From Bispira polyomma (lineage: Eukaryota), in assembly GCA_965649765.1 (NCBI GenBank), contig OZ287751.1, positions 7,006,001-7,070,000 of the forward strand: a stretch of 64,000 bases of DNA, read 5' to 3'. The notes under the pieces are model-generated. The model worked only from the letters and a program-made list of their open reading frames with translations. It was not told the DNA's origin and searched no databases. Each line of letters begins with the position of its first letter. Position 1 is the stretch's first letter. Made by a program: the position numbers and the translations under genes. This document shows, in pieces, positions 22,401 to 37,400 of this stretch.

Positions 22401-25400
22401 GATGGCAACAAAATTAAGGAAGCAGGGTATATCTCACACAGAGACTGTGCAAACTGGTGAGTACTAGGGCACAATATTTTTTAAACTTATAAAACATCAT
22501 GCTTAAACTCAAATGCCGTGTATAGATAGATATATAGATGTATACATTTCCTTATGTTATTGTTATTATTGAAACTAAATATACATGTTTACCATTCATT
22601 TTAAAAGAGCTTTCCATGTGTAAATTTAAATATTTTAAATATATCTGTTATACACAAAGATACATGAAGACAGATTTTGAGATTATTGTAAGTTTAAGAT
22701 TATTAACAAATATGGGCCCTCGGTTGTTTGGTTGAAACAATGCCAATGGTCTGGATTCAGATACTCATGATTCTAATTTTTTGATTTTCAATATGGCAGA
22801 AATATTGATATCACTCGACATAAAGCTAGTTTTCATAACAATTAAAATAACTTCGATGTTTTCAACATGGTCAAATGCTTGAAAGCATCAAGTAATGCAG
22901 AGTAGACATCAATTGTTAGATAGTAATGATCGACTTTCTAAGCCACAAATGTACATTTGTACAAAGATTCGTTAAGTGCTTAATTTTGTAAATTAAATTC
23001 ATACTGCCATCCAAAAGCCCCTCTCTTCAGTTAGGGGAATGACAGTTACTGTTTGGCTGTACTTGTACATTCAATAAAAGGTTAATTATAACTTTGAATG
23101 CCAGATAAAATTAAATAAATACGCTGAGTATATACATTCCAACAAAACAGTCAAATACAACAATACATATATTTAAGGAAATTCAGGGTAATATTTTATA
23201 CTACACCTCTTAATATTGTGACGATCCCGGGGTTTCCGATTCCCGAGATTGGCGGCACTCCGGGTTTTAGTACCCTCCCGTTTTCTGGTTCACCGCTAGG
23301 CCACAGGAATTTCTGGTGGCAGCGGCGGGATAAAGTGTCACGCTACCACGTTACTTGAACATCCAATCTAGTATACTGATTTCGTATAATTTAGACAGTA
23401 CCAAGGTTGGGGATGTAAGGTGATATAACTTGGAATTTGGACTGGTTTGGTGGGATTTTCAGGTGGTTAGTGACAGTTTGTCTGGTCTGGAACCAAAGGG
23501 AGAATAGCCACCAATAAGGGTTCAATGAGTTTGGCCATCCCCAGGTATTACATAATACGGAAATCAGGTGATGAGGCAGATATTTGTAATGGTTGGTTAA
23601 GCCATAATTTAACCTGGTGGCAGCTACTTTACTATAAATTTTTATACTTTACTGATTTGGCCTAAGTGAACAGGCAATGGCAGAAGCCTGACAAGGGGGC
23701 GGTCGGGTTGTAGAGTACCAACCGTCCATCGACCCGTTCCACGACAGGGTTGAACTTCTGCAGGAACAATAGGTGGTGCGGGGCGGGGTAATCACCACGA
23801 CACACACGGACCCGTGTTGGGAGACACCAACAAATAACCCAACCGGGTACCCCCGTCTCGCCACAATATAACCACCCCCTCTCATTTTAAATCACTAAAT
23901 GTCTGTATTTCAACAGGTACTACACTAAAATATCGAGGGACATTACTACATCTCTCCATCAGACAATGTCAAAAATGTTAAAATAGTGACTTGTAATAGA
24001 TAATTGTATGATGATCACGTTTGGTTAAGGATCCAGATACTTTATGGATACTTTAATTGTTTTATACAAATTCCTATCATTTTTAATGGTATTTTATATC
24101 ACCACACATCAACATTATTATATTTTATAATAGCCACCCTTTTTAAGAAATGCAAATCCCAGAGATTATTTAATACAGAAATTACAGCATATCTTTATCT
24201 ATATATTTTTGTCATATTGTTTTGTAGCACATGTATCAATGGTGTCTTTAAATGTGACAAAACCGACTGCAGCTCCCTGATGGACTGTAAAAATAATCTT
24301 GTATACAAGCAACAATTTACAAAATGTGGTTCCACATGTGAAACCTACGTACACAGGGACCAATGTGCAGATGACGAATCAAAGTTAGATGGTTGTACCT
24401 GCCCAGATAGCATGGTTCTAAATGAAAAGGTAATCTGATTATTCTGAAAAATGCTAAATTTATTTGGTTGAATCTCCATGCTGTTTATGAACGTTTTTAT
24501 AAAAACCTTACTTTATGCATTTAAAATAAAAATATATTATGCAAGCTGCTCAACTATGGAACCATAAACAAAATGTGAACAAATAAAGTTGAACCCCTAA
24601 GCGGGATTTCAACTTGCCCGGCTAGATTTTAAAATAGAAGGTCTTTTGGGCCCATAAATGTTATCCACATAAAAGAGTAATTGAAAGTTTTTTATTTGAA
24701 AGGGGTTTCACTGTAAGTTATAAAAGTAACAAATACATGTACAAATGTAAACCATTGCTAGCACAAAATACACAATATTATAACAGACTTGGTATAATTT
24801 ACATAAAATAAAAAGTTACCTTGACATTACCTTTTAGGGTTTCTGTGTTGTCCCTGAGGAGTGCCCTTGTGTTTATGGTGCTAAATACTACGCAACTGGT
24901 AAAAACGTTACTGTAGGATCTTGCAAGATATAGTGAGTTTGACACTTATTGTCATGGTATTCTTTAGTTATTCTAGCACTTATAATAAATAGTGTTCATA
25001 AAAGTTTCCAAAAACAAGTGTGATTGATTTCCCTTGTAATATGTACATATAGTAAATCCTCCATATACTGAGTATTCATAGCACCCAGCCAAATTGCTCA
25101 CTTTCAAGAGACCTTCAGAATATAGAGGTACTGTACAATTTACAAGTGCAAAAGCAAGACCAGAAAAAAGTTCTCACTATGGGGAAGTGTTATCCATCTT
25201 TTGGAGGTGTTTGCTGACAGTAGATTTAGATTACATTGTATATGTACTGGTAAATGTTTAAAAGTTGAATATGGTACAGGATATTATGATTACTTTGATT
25301 GATTGCTACACTTTAAAGTAAATACCAAAATCTACTTGTTATGTCTTGTGTTTACAGTATTTGTATGAACAGCACCTGGGTGTTTGACAGAGAAGAAAAC

Positions 25401-28400
25401 TGCCCCGGCCTGTGCTGGGTATCTGGTGACCCTCATTATAAGACATTTGATGGCAAATTTTTCAAATTCATGGGAAGCTGTACATACACCTTGGTAGAAC
25501 AAATACGTGGAGAGTTTACAATTGATGTTACAAATGTGCCATGTGGGACCAGTGGTGTGACTTGTACCAAAAGTGTGACTATTGTTGATCGTACACATCC
25601 AGACTTTCCTGACTTGACCTTCAAACTTGACCAGGTGATATACCATATGTCAAATTTGGGTATTACAGAATAAGCGAGAAATTCCATAGGCTCCAGATAA
25701 ATTCAGAATTCAATCCAGCCTGGTGACTTACAAAAGTCTTATATGAATATATATATATACATAAATACTCAAGCAGGAAACCCAGTGGAGTAGCTAGGAT
25801 TTTTCATTTTTACCTGTCATTAAATTGGTACGCCAGGGCGTACTGGCTTCTACACTAGCTATGCCCCTGGATCCTTTAAGATATCATCAAATTGTATCCA
25901 AAGAGTCCTACGTACATCACAAAGTCTTTAAGCTACTGTGCTCCCCCTTTTTGGAAAATGTTTAACCTATATATATTACAATTAGTTCCTCAGTCACCTC
26001 CTTCAGAAAGCACCTCTAAAGTTACCTATAGGCATTCACTTAAAGTCACATCTCCCTGGATTACTGACCCTTTAATGTCCCTCAATTATTATTTGTTTTG
26101 CTTTTTGACGTAGATATTTTAGCTGCAAAGATTTTGATATAGATGTTAGATTTCTAACCTCATATGATAGCAATTTAAAGCTGTTTTTAAATTTGGTAAA
26201 TTTTATTATTTCTGCATGTACTACAGGGAACGGACGTTACTGTAATGAACAGCACAATTATTCCAATACCAGCTGAGATTATTCAAAATACATCAATCTC
26301 AATGGCTGGTGGAATGTTTATCATGCTCCGTTTCTCCATTATAGGAATGAAAGTTATGTGGGATCAAGGTATGCTATTTATACAATATAAGTTTATTTGT
26401 AGACCAGATATCTGCGTTCATATTTAAACCAAAACAAATCACGTTGAATTGTTGTGCATAGCTGTTGTTTAGCACTAGTTGCTGCAATAAGTAAAAAATC
26501 AAGACATTCTTGTTCAAAATCAGAAATCTATTTTCTATTACAAGTGTTTAGCTGCTAAATGTTTGTTGTAAAGAATTTAAGGCATTGAGTACTAAACTAA
26601 TATAAAAGTGTTGTTAATAGACACAAACTAGATTGTAATACCAAAGAAAAATAAAGCAAACTAGATCTGTTTTTAAAGTTATCTTCACTTTAAAATGATG
26701 TGGTGGATAAAACCTTTAATAGGTAAACTATTTGATAATGTAGGACACTGTTACAAAAAAAAACAATTATCAAGTAAAATTTCAATTTGTGCATTGGAAA
26801 ATGTTGACATAAAGTATCCAATTTTTTTAATGATTAACAATTAACGTGATGAAATATATTTACTATTGCTTTGAAAAATTACCAGGTACAAGGCTCTATG
26901 TCTTTCTCGATCAGAGGCATATGGGTCAAGTGGATGGTCTCTGTGGAAACTTCGATGACAAATCTGACAATGAATTTAGTGAGGGAAAATTCAATGCCCA
27001 GGAGTTTGGCAATTCCCACAAGACACAGGCCTATTGTAAGGATGTTGATAAAAGTACTGTGGATGAATATAATCCCTGTAAAGAGCACAGTGATCGGGAC
27101 GAATGGGCTCATGAACAATGTGACATGATATATGGACCAAAGTTTGCAGCTTGCAGAAGCAAAATATTTATGACTGACGTCAAAATAGCTTATGAGGCAT
27201 GTTTGTTTGATGCTTGTGGGTGAGTACATTTGTATGTGATTGTATTTATCATTGAAAAAAACTATAATTGGATGAGAACAATCATTATTTTAACCTTTTT
27301 ATAATTTCTGATGATTACATTAAGACATTCTTAAATAATACATACATCCATCATTTTGACAGTTTTCTTTTCTGGAACCACCGGTCAAACCAGAAAGTGT
27401 AATGTCAATTTCACCACATACATGCCATGCCTAGATTTAAACCCATTATACTAAAAGTAATAACTCTTTCAATCATCAAATGTAATATTGTTGTAGATGT
27501 AATCGTGGAGGAGATTGTCAGTGTCTTTGTACAGCCATTGCAAACTTTGCCGAGCAGTGTAATGATGCTGGTGCCCCTGTCCGCTGGAGAAGCAAACGAT
27601 TTTGTCGTAAGTGTAGTAATTTAAAATAACCAGTAATGAATAAAAGGCCAGTGATTTTAAAACAGACACCAGGCAACTGCAGCCCCTTGTTTGTGTGAAT
27701 GTATGTTTATTTATATATCCCCAGTGAAAGGCTAAAGATTCTTAGGGACGTTGATAAATGGTCATCCTCAAGCCTCTCTCTTTAGTTAGGGGAATAACAG
27801 TAACTGATACAGTTGCCCGTTACAGCCAGAAATGGTTCTCTTCTCAAAAAACACTCTGAATAACATATGAAGTTAGATATATGCGCTGTGTATAAATATG
27901 AACATGAATACCTATTTACTATTTTTCTGCAGCTATAATGTGTGAGTATGGAGAAGAATACAAGGAATGTGGTCCTATTTGTGAACAGACCTGTCACAAT
28001 ATTGGGGATGAAAGGGACCCCATTTGTGATGAAACACATTGTATGGAAGGCTGTTTCTGTCCTGAAAACCATTACAGGTATGTATCTGAGAAATTTATAG
28101 TATAGTCAATTCTCATATTTCCAACCTATTTTATACTTTTGGCTTATGTCACAACTTTTTGGTGGTCTTATAAATAAAGTTCAAACAATTATTTTGTAAA
28201 CAAAAGGTATGCCAAAGGTAAGGGTATTATTTTCTTGTGACGAGCCTTATGGTTTAATTAGTTGTTTTTCTCAAATCCAGTAAAACCACTGTGATACATA
28301 TGCATGTAGTTTGGTTTGCCCATTATGCGAATACTTTATTCATATTATAGATTGTGATAAAGGCAACACACAAAGTTTCCTTGGTTAAGCAACCGTCATG

Positions 28401-31400
28401 GAATTTAAAAAGAGGAAATGGTGTTGACACATTATATGATCCCCACATTGTGTACGGAAGAAATCCCATTCAAAACTAAGACTATTAAGCACAAATAGGA
28501 AACCATATTTAACAACAATTACTTCTTATGCATATATTCTTTATTTTTAGATGAATTCAAAACAAGCCTAAACCATTGTGTTAAATTTCAGATCTGGAAG
28601 TAAATGTGTTCCAGCAGATGAATGTAATTGCTATCATAACAGAGAGGCATATCCTCCACAAACTCAGTTAAAAATCAACTGTCAAGAATGGTAGGTTTAT
28701 TACTCACCCTTCAGTTTATATACCACATCCTCCCCTAGTAAAAGGACAATTGGCAATTGTAATTCCAACAATAAAGATTATGTAATCATAAGAGATAAAT
28801 GGGCCCCAATAGTTCTTTAAAAAATTGATATTTGTTTATAGAAATTGAAAATTATAGTTACAATTATTTTGAAATTTTCACTTATTTGGTTTTTTGTTCA
28901 GTTAGATTTTACAACTCAAACAATAATTTCACAAATAAATATATAATCTCTCTTAATTGTCACAAAATCATCAACACATAGATTTTGGCTGCTTTCAATT
29001 TGCTCACATATAGGCATCAAAGTATCCGATAACCTAAAGGATTTGATCATTTTTTCTGACTTTGTTTTTAATTTTTTTGTTCTGTTCATCAGTATATGTG
29101 AAAAGGGGAAGTTCAACTGTACAGGAGAGGAATGTCCTTTCGAGTGTGGCTTTGGATATGTGAGGTGTGGTCACACTGAAATCTGTATCCCCAAAGAGAA
29201 GCTCTGTGATGGTCATTATAACTGTCCTGATGGAAGAGATGAAGCCAACTGTGGTGTGTACCTATGTCGATTCCCACCTATAGAGGGTCATCCGAACACA
29301 ATTAAACAAGATAAATGCAATGTGAAACCAGTGCTAAAGTGCAAATACTAGAGAATAGTAAAAACAGACTATCACTAGACTATCGCCAGAAACTTTGTAA
29401 AATGACTATTATAACTAGTTTTTCTATAAAAACTAAATATGCATAGAATAATTAAATATTAGTATTTATCTGTAAAGTACCAAAGCTTTGGTAGAGACCT
29501 CGTATTGTAACGACAGAAACATTCAACCAAGTCATATTAGATTTATACTTTTCCATACAGCTATACGTATTAGACATGCTTTCAACTAAGATATCTTTGC
29601 CAAAAAAACACTTTTTTCACGGTATATCTTTGCAGATTTCGAGTGCAACTTTGGAGAATTTGAGTGTGTGACTGGTGGTAAATGTTTACCAATGAGCAAT
29701 GTGTGTGATGATAAGAAGGATTGTGCTGACAATAGTGATGAATATTATTGTGGTGAGTTGGAGGTTATTGTTTCAGTTATGTTACTGTTTATCTACGGAT
29801 TCATTTAACTAAGAAACTTGTTCGCTTAATTATTAAAACTGACTGATGCAAGTATAGTACCAGTGTTTTTCAACAAAACTAGTATGTAAAACAGTATTTT
29901 ATCATGCTTACAATCCTATATTGTGATGAGGATATATTCACTTTACCTGTGACAGTAAGAGATGCATATATTTATAATGCTTACATTTCAGGAGGTCCAT
30001 ATTGTGATGACGATATTCACTTTACCTGTGACAGTAAGAGGTGCATACCTAAAGGCTTTGTATGTGATGGAGACTATGACTGTGGTGTTGGTGATGACTC
30101 GGATGAACAGGATTGTGACAGTATGTGGAACATATTTGTTTACTTTTGAGTTGTCTTCATTTGTACACAGTGGATTGAGCTCTTTAATGACATCAGCTTG
30201 GTACATAGCCAATTTTAGGACATACAACATGTTTTACACCCTTCTTCTTGTTGTATTGAGATCATTTCCTTCTCACCCATTACCTTAATAATGTAATCTC
30301 TGCAAATGTTAGTTTTTAGTTTTAATATTTTGTAGATTTTGAATGTGATGGACTAAAATACTACAGGTGTGATAATGGAGTATGTCTTCCCAAAAATGTT
30401 AAATGTGATCACCATGACGATTGTGGCGATGGAAGTGATGAAAGTAACTGTGGTTAGTGGCCTTTTTCTTATCATGTATTATTATAGTAATAAGTATTCC
30501 TCATGTTGTGCAGATTCAGTTACTTAACCCTTTGAATACCTTTATTGTTGGCCACCAGTTGAGAGTGTTTATTATTCGAAGAAAATATATATGTTAGCAA
30601 AATGTTAGTCCGTAAAATTATTTTTGTTACAAAATTACACACAAGGTTGCTGTGAAATACCCTGAGTCATCTGTGGTATTTGTTTTAGTGACTATTAACT
30701 ATCCACAATCTATAATTCAGGAATTACCTGCAGTTCACTATAATACTATTTCTCAGTCGGCAAGGGTTAAAGACTGGTTTAAAAAAGAGTTATATCCTTT
30801 TACGTTTAAAGTTGTAGAAGACTGCTTAGATTTACTGTTTCATTGTGTTTATAATCAAATGTGATGAAATAAAATATAACAACACTGGCTTTTGAAAGAT
30901 TCTTTTTGTGTTTTGAAACAGTTTTGTCTGTAACACTTGAATGTATGAATAGCAATTTCCCCTATTCATTGGTAAATATCATATGTAAATCCAGTAGTAA
31001 TCCTGTGAGTTTCAACTTAAATTCTTGCCCTGCATCACCTAACTCTGGTGACTGCCGCATCCGGTTTAGAGATCCAGTGGGGATCTTAGTCATTCAGCAG
31101 AGATCCCCTTGTATTTGGAAGCGATCCACATCGCTTCAGGGTCATACACTAAAATCTAAATTCGAAATCGTGGAAACTGGATTTAAGGGAAGCATAACTG
31201 GTGCTCTCAAAGTTGTTCTAATTTTTTTACAGTATGGTGTGATGAAGAAATTATAACTGATGACACAAAGGCATTTGTTAAAATCGTTCCACAAAATATG
31301 GCTGATGTACTACAGAACTCAGGGATTTCTGTCCTAACACTTCCTTCCCCAACCCCCATCCTAGAGATGAAGATACTAGGAAACAATATTATTTTCCTTG

Positions 31401-34400
31401 AAATGCATTTCTGGTCAGAGAATCTTGATTTTGTAACAGCCACATTATATACGGCTGACAAAATAGAGGTTGATCAGGTATGAAAATTATCTGCTCATTT
31501 CAAACAAATACATAGTTGAATGTTTGTTTAGTATATGATGTTTGTGGTAAAATAATTATGTTAAACACTGTACTGTAAACACCGAACACATGAATCATTA
31601 ATTTCATTATTAATTACATCAAATTCAGTCATTAAACATAATAATAGCTTCCCTTTAAAATTAATTTATGTGACTATGTGTACAATCAAAGTAACCTAAT
31701 TGAACATACAACAGCTAGTATCATTATATTAAAGTCTGAGTAAATACAGCCCATGACACAATGCCTCATCTTGTCCAGAAATGCAACAATGCTATTTGTC
31801 TTTTTATGCCACAGAAATAGGGAAGTAAAAAAGAGAACTCCTTAGACAATGTCATATAGTGATATTTGCCAAAAAAACATCATGTTTCTTTTGTTTACTT
31901 TTCACAGGTGGAGATAGCTGCATATAATCCAGATATATATGACTTTAGTCAGCAATATTTTGGTCAGAATGGAACTTTTGCAACAATTTTAGAACTGTCT
32001 TTCCATCAAACAAGATCCAGTGGAGATATTCGCTTTGGTGGCTTATCTGTGCGAGCCTGTTTTGAACCATGTTAGTACAGATCAGTTTTATTTTTATTAG
32101 TACAAAATTAACTTAATCTGAATGTTTCACAATTTACTTTAGAGTTAATCTATTAGAATGTACATATGCCTTATTCTTAACACTCAAATTTATTGATTGT
32201 AAAATATATATTTTATATTTCCAGTTACTACAACACAATCCCCTACAACGAGTACAACGCCATCCCCTACAACAACAAGCACAACACTATCCCCTACAAC
32301 AACAAGTACAACGCCATCCCCTACAACAACAAGTACAACGCCATCCTCTACAACAACAAGTACAACACCATCCCCTACCACAACAAGCACAACACCATCC
32401 CCTACAACAGCGAGCACAACACCATCCCCTACAACAAGTACAACACCATCCCCCACAACAACAAGCACAACACCATCCCCCACAACACCATCCCCTACAA
32501 CAACAAGCACAACACCATCCCCTACAACAACAAGCACAACACCACCCCCTACTACTACAAGGACAGTAGAATGTACTTCTGGAGAGAAATCTATTGCCGT
32601 CAATGAAGAGAATATTGATCAATATTTTTATAACTTGAATTCTGAAACGAGAGACCTCATTCTCAAGACCGACATAATCATTCCTGAATTAGGTGAAAAC
32701 TCTACATTGATAATTGAACTGAAACAATGGACACTCAATGTTGGTGCAGAACTGCTGTCGTTTGAGTTAGGGATAGATGGTGCCAGAATGGTTGTTCTAC
32801 AGACTTACTACAGAAATAAAATTCAACCTGAAATTGAAATTGTAAGTATGGATACATAAAGCCAGTTCTCTCAATATCCCTGATATATATAAAAACTGGA
32901 GAGGTTTGTGAACAACTGATGAAAATTTTATTTTCCTAAAACTTACACTTTGAACAAATAGATGACTGTGAAAGTTCTTGATATTATTTCTATCTGATTT
33001 TGTTGTGCTGATATCATGCAAGATACAATATGACATCTTTATCTGCATTTATAATTCTATTTATGCCATATAACCTTACTAATTGAAATCACCATGTGCA
33101 TTGCAGCTTGACAAGTCAAGTGAATTAGTTGGTTTAGTTTGGAATCTACAGAAAGACATACAGATAAATCTCTATGAAGCTGCATATAAAATAGAACTTA
33201 AAGTTTTTCCAGAAGATACTTCGGCAATCATGGAAATCGAAAGCTTTCAAGTTGAGGCCTGCCTGCCAAAAGGTATTTAAAATACAACAAATCCTATATC
33301 ATTTACTACGTAAAATGCAATGTTGTACAACTAGCAAACATATTTCTGGTGATTTATAGTAATACAAAACATGATATTCTTAAAACTGCTTCAATCTGCA
33401 ATTGATATTTACTTTAAATAATGCAAGTTGTTTTTGACTAATGTACACAAGTTACTTTTGTTATTGACAAGGTACTTTTTGCATTAAAGAATTTTACTCT
33501 ATTGTATACAACGATTACAATGCTCCATAGAACTTATGATGTGAAGTAGGTGAAAGCATACACTTGTGAAATTGATAATTGCAGAAGTCTAGCTGTCTTG
33601 TATAATTAGCCATCAATGGTAGAAATGTTCGAGAGTATTAAGTATATAAAGATCTATTATTATTAATTCAGCATTTTATTAAAAGTATTTGCCAAATAGA
33701 TACATTGAACTGATTTATTTGAAAATCAATTAATTGTCACATTTTAAGCGAATGCAATAAAACCTCCAACAGTGAACATCTCAGAACGGTGAACGGTTCT
33801 GGGTCTCGTTTTGACACTGGTGAATAGTACAAAACCTCTGAGGAGTAAAGACCTCTTTATAGTGGACAATTTGGCTGGGTCCCATGAGCATGCACTATAT
33901 GAACGATTTACTGTATTAAGAGAGTGTAGCTGGTGATCACTGTATGTTTTTCACTGAGTTGTGACATTCTCCCTCTTTTCAGTAACAACTACCACCTCAG
34001 CTCCAACAACCAGTACCACACCAGTCTCCACATTTTCTACCACAACAGAGTTTGAAACTACACCCTTTGTTTCAACTATTATGACCACAAGTAGGTTTAT
34101 CCTATGTATAATATAGATTTTTTAACACGTGTCATATCACGACAGGCAGTTCACTGGCAGAGGAAATCAGGGCTGAGTAGGTGGTCAATGTTTTTTAGTT
34201 CAACCGGAAAACTGAGACGGTTGAACTGGTTCTAGTGTCTAAGCTGGTGCTGTATGAACGGAATGATTAACAGAAATATTTCTGATTTCTATATTTCCTT
34301 TTATCAAACTTTGGGAGATGTTTTATGTCTAAATAATTATCCTGTATCACAATATTTGATGCCAAATCAACTCTTCAATATCTATATATAATTCTTGACT

Positions 34401-37400
34401 CCATATATTTTTTTGACATTCATATGGTAGCTTTTTTGTTCATAATTTTATAGAACTCTTTTGCTCCACCCAAAAAAATACGGACATAACCATAGATGTT
34501 AAAAGTGGCATTAACCCAATTACATTCACAACTATTTCTTCCTTTATATGCCTCTAATATATTTAGCAAATCATTTAAACTTTTGACTACTATTCTTTTG
34601 TTATTTAGCTCCAAACATCTGTGCTGAGGGTGATGTGGTGGAGACGACATATTCAACATTATATTATGAAGCTGAAGTAACCGGTTGTTCATCTCCATCG
34701 TGTGAAAACCCAAAAAAGTCATTCAAAGATTCACCATTCTCAGATTCTGCACTGGCTTACCCCCAAAACTCATACTTCATAATTCACCCTACATTTGATA
34801 TGTCCTTCACAGTGATGCACATGTACCTCAGTGTCTATGGAAGTAAAATGATACTGATTGTGATCAAATATGGTGATAACAATGAATTTTTTAAAGAGAA
34901 GAGCGTAAGTCATTAATCCACAACTAATCACAATTTGGATTTTGTAAAACCAAAATTGACTGAAATTTTTCTTGTATTTTTCTTGAAAATTTAAATGTGC
35001 ATTTAATACATACACAATATTTTACATTCATTTTATGCCTTGTGCATAATATTAGTATTCATTTTTTTTTTGTATTTCAGCATTCCGAATTGGTATAACA
35101 AATTGACTATTGATGAACTCATTTATACTTTAAAATATCTTATATATATGCACTAAGTACATATTTTTCTTTAAAGACATGATAACAATTGTCATATTGT
35201 AGTTTTCCAATGCCAATGAGTGGAATAGCGTTGAAGTTGATATTCCAGCCGATGGTATCAAAAACTTAAAAGAAATAAGAATCATGTTCTTTGAATTAGT
35301 CGGCAGGGAATACAACGTCAAAGATATTGCAGTGCAATCTTGCTTTGGTGAAAAAAGTAAGCATTCCCATTTCTTTCTTACGTGTGTTTCTTCCGAGAAG
35401 TTCCCCATTTGACAATACTATTGCAGGCACAGTGTAGGAAAAGGGAATGAAGGATGCTCTGATATGTTACAATTGTAGTTTACAAACCACAATATGCATA
35501 AGTACTTGTAAACACACACTTATCAATATACTTTATTTTCAAAATTATACTATATGAAAAAGTATGACTACCTTCAAATCTCAATTAACACGCTGGAGGA
35601 GCAATAGATTTTTTTCAGACAATAAAAGGTTTATAAATTAGAAGAGTCATTTTATTGGAAAAAAAAACAATACAAAAACATGACTTTAAAACAGTAGGAA
35701 TAAGACCATAAGATTGAATATTCTGATATAACAAAGGTTTGAATAGTAGCAGTTCTACCGTGTTATTCCATTAATATTTTCTATATATCTCATATTTTTT
35801 ACTGAAATACACAAAACTTGACACTATTATAGCAAGCAATAATTTTTCATATTAGACAAACATTTACATCAAGTAAGATGAAATGTTTAGCCAACTTCAT
35901 CCACAAAACAGTACATATATATTTGTCTCATGTTGTTATACCAATTTACTACCAATATTTGTACTACCATTTTGAATCTTGATGTTTCCACAGTGACTAC
36001 TGCCACATCTCCTCCAGAATCAACAACATCTGTGGGAACTACCACAGGTCAGAGCTGATTACTTTTTATTATTTATTTATTCCCCCATATAAGATACTGG
36101 ACTGAGCACAACAGCTGAGCAGAGGGTTGTAAATCTTATACTGTGCCTTTCACAAAAGGTCACATCTCACAAAATGCAGGTTCTTTATTAACACCTGTAA
36201 CTGCTATATCTATAGAAAGTACCTTTACATTCATAATTGTCAAAGCTTACTTATTTACTTCAAATTTAATCATCTTTTGTTGTTTTATAGTGTCAGACTT
36301 TTACATGGAATTACTTGATTTGGTTCCATTTTCTTCATCATCATGATTTTATGTAATTAAAAATGTAAAAACATATCTTTTTATTTGAAACAAAAATATT
36401 TTGGACCTCTATATCTGGTCGCCCCAGACTGCAATCAAATCCAGGTCTTCTGTGTTTGTAAGTGAGCGTAGTATGCACTAGGCCACAGTGGTATATTCTC
36501 TTTTGTGCAAAAAAACAATTAGCATACCACAGCCATTTTTCTAGAGTATGGGGTTCAGCTATACCCCAGCCACTTTGTTTGTAGTTATTAAGTGTTCTCA
36601 AATGGCTTTCTAGTTAGGGAGTTGATCTAAAAATCAGTAGGTCCCCGCATCGACTGCCGCTGATACCGCTTGGTTCATTGGTAGGATAACATCCTTTGGC
36701 AAGATGTGAACATGTCGTTTCCTTGTGCTGACGACCCAGGGGCTACAAACTTGCTTCAATAATAATAATTATAATAACTATATATATTTGTCACTCCTGT
36801 ATTCTAATTTCTATACAGACATATGTTACCAGTATGAAGACATGGTGTATACCAAGGATGATTCTGAGCACTTTGAAGTTAAAGTTGTTGGTCCCAGCAG
36901 GAGACATGTGATTGCCTCTGATATTCTTCTCTCTGCTACCCTAACAAATGTAAGACAAAAAGTGGACACATATATGTTAGTAATCGCAGTCTATAGAGTA
37001 TTTATAACATTTTTTATTTTTGTCATGTTGGGAATTATATTAACAAATAACCGAAACATGTTATTTTATAGTTTTCACTCATTTTTGTTAGAATGTTTAC
37101 TTACTGCTCTACTGTAAATATCTTTTCTATACAGTCATAAAATAGTCAACTGCAACAAAGGGAACAACTACATTACACCGTTTGGTTGGCGGGTACATAC
37201 ATCTAAGGGCGGAATGTTACGATGATACATCAATACCAACGATTTTTTTTATTAATTTCTGGAATGATACTGACAGTTAGAAATTGTAAATGACATTTGC
37301 TATAATTGTTTCTATACGTATTTTTCTATATTTTACTTATTTTCAGATATCAATTACAGAGTCTGATATCATTATTGTTAGAACTGTTGGCCTTTTACCA

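Noticed and set aside
32225-32560. Regular short repeats resembling a CRISPR array
   Set aside because: Head-to-tail coding repeats with no unique spacers, no cas genes and a eukaryotic context.
32190-32622. ORFs VVVGDGVVL..., YNNKHNTIP... and the metallothionein-looking GWCCACCCR...
   Set aside because: Alternative readings of the 27-bp PTS minisatellite, with no independent start or splice support.
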